A stretch of DNA of 64,000 bases, from assembly GCF_001194135.2 (NCBI RefSeq), contig NC_068982.1, positions 98,789,159 to 98,853,158 of the forward strand. Reading direction: 5' to 3'. The stretch comes from Octopus bimaculoides. Lineage: Eukaryota. Positions within the stretch are counted from its first letter, which is position 1, and the number at the start of each line of letters is the position of its first letter. The notes beneath the pieces are model-generated. The model worked only from the letters and a program-made list of their open reading frames with translations. It searched no databases and was not told where the DNA came from. The translations under genes and the position numbers were made by a program. Of the stretch, positions 63,815 through 64,000 are shown in pieces.

Positions 63815-64000
63815 ATCATCATCATCATCATCGTTTAACGTCCGCTTTCCATGCTAGCATGGGTTGGACGATTTGACTGAGGACTGGTGAAACCGGATGG
63901 CAACACCAGGCTCCAGTCTGATTTGGCAGAGTTTCTACAGCTGGATGCCCTTCCTAACGCCAACCACTCAGAGAGTGTAGTGGGTGCTTTTACGTGTCAC
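63815..64000 (-). mobile_element. Family B retroposon (runs off right edge)
   Basis: catcatcatcatcgtttaacgtccgctttccatgctagcatggg..., near consensus. Confidence 0.85.

Overview
AT-rich, repeat-dense eukaryotic genomic DNA with eight N gaps. The repeat families look like those of an octopus (coleoid cephalopod) genome; this is my recollection, not a database check. The window holds the 5' part of one spliced minus-strand gene, a PDXDC1 (pyridoxal-dependent decarboxylase domain-containing 1) ortholog. I reconstructed five coding exons by hand (59406-59206, 33853-33777, 15117-15067, 14954-14862, 938-783); they join in frame with GT-AG boundaries, and the gene runs off the left edge. Almost everything else is intron filled with three SINE-like families, microsatellites, decayed Tc1/mariner, RTE-LINE and Gypsy relics, and hAT, piggyBac and mariner MITEs. 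The most interesting observation is a type I hammerhead ribozyme fold with a complete catalytic core on the sense strand of intron 4 (12662-12745). Several degenerate hammerhead-like motifs also occur, one inside a 45/49-bp minisatellite. Other candidates are long fold-back hairpins, a possible dual-use GTAG splice site that would add a hydrophobic segment, and an inverted duplication upstream of the gene that appears to have confused the assembly. No CRISPR array, rRNA or true tRNA gene was found.
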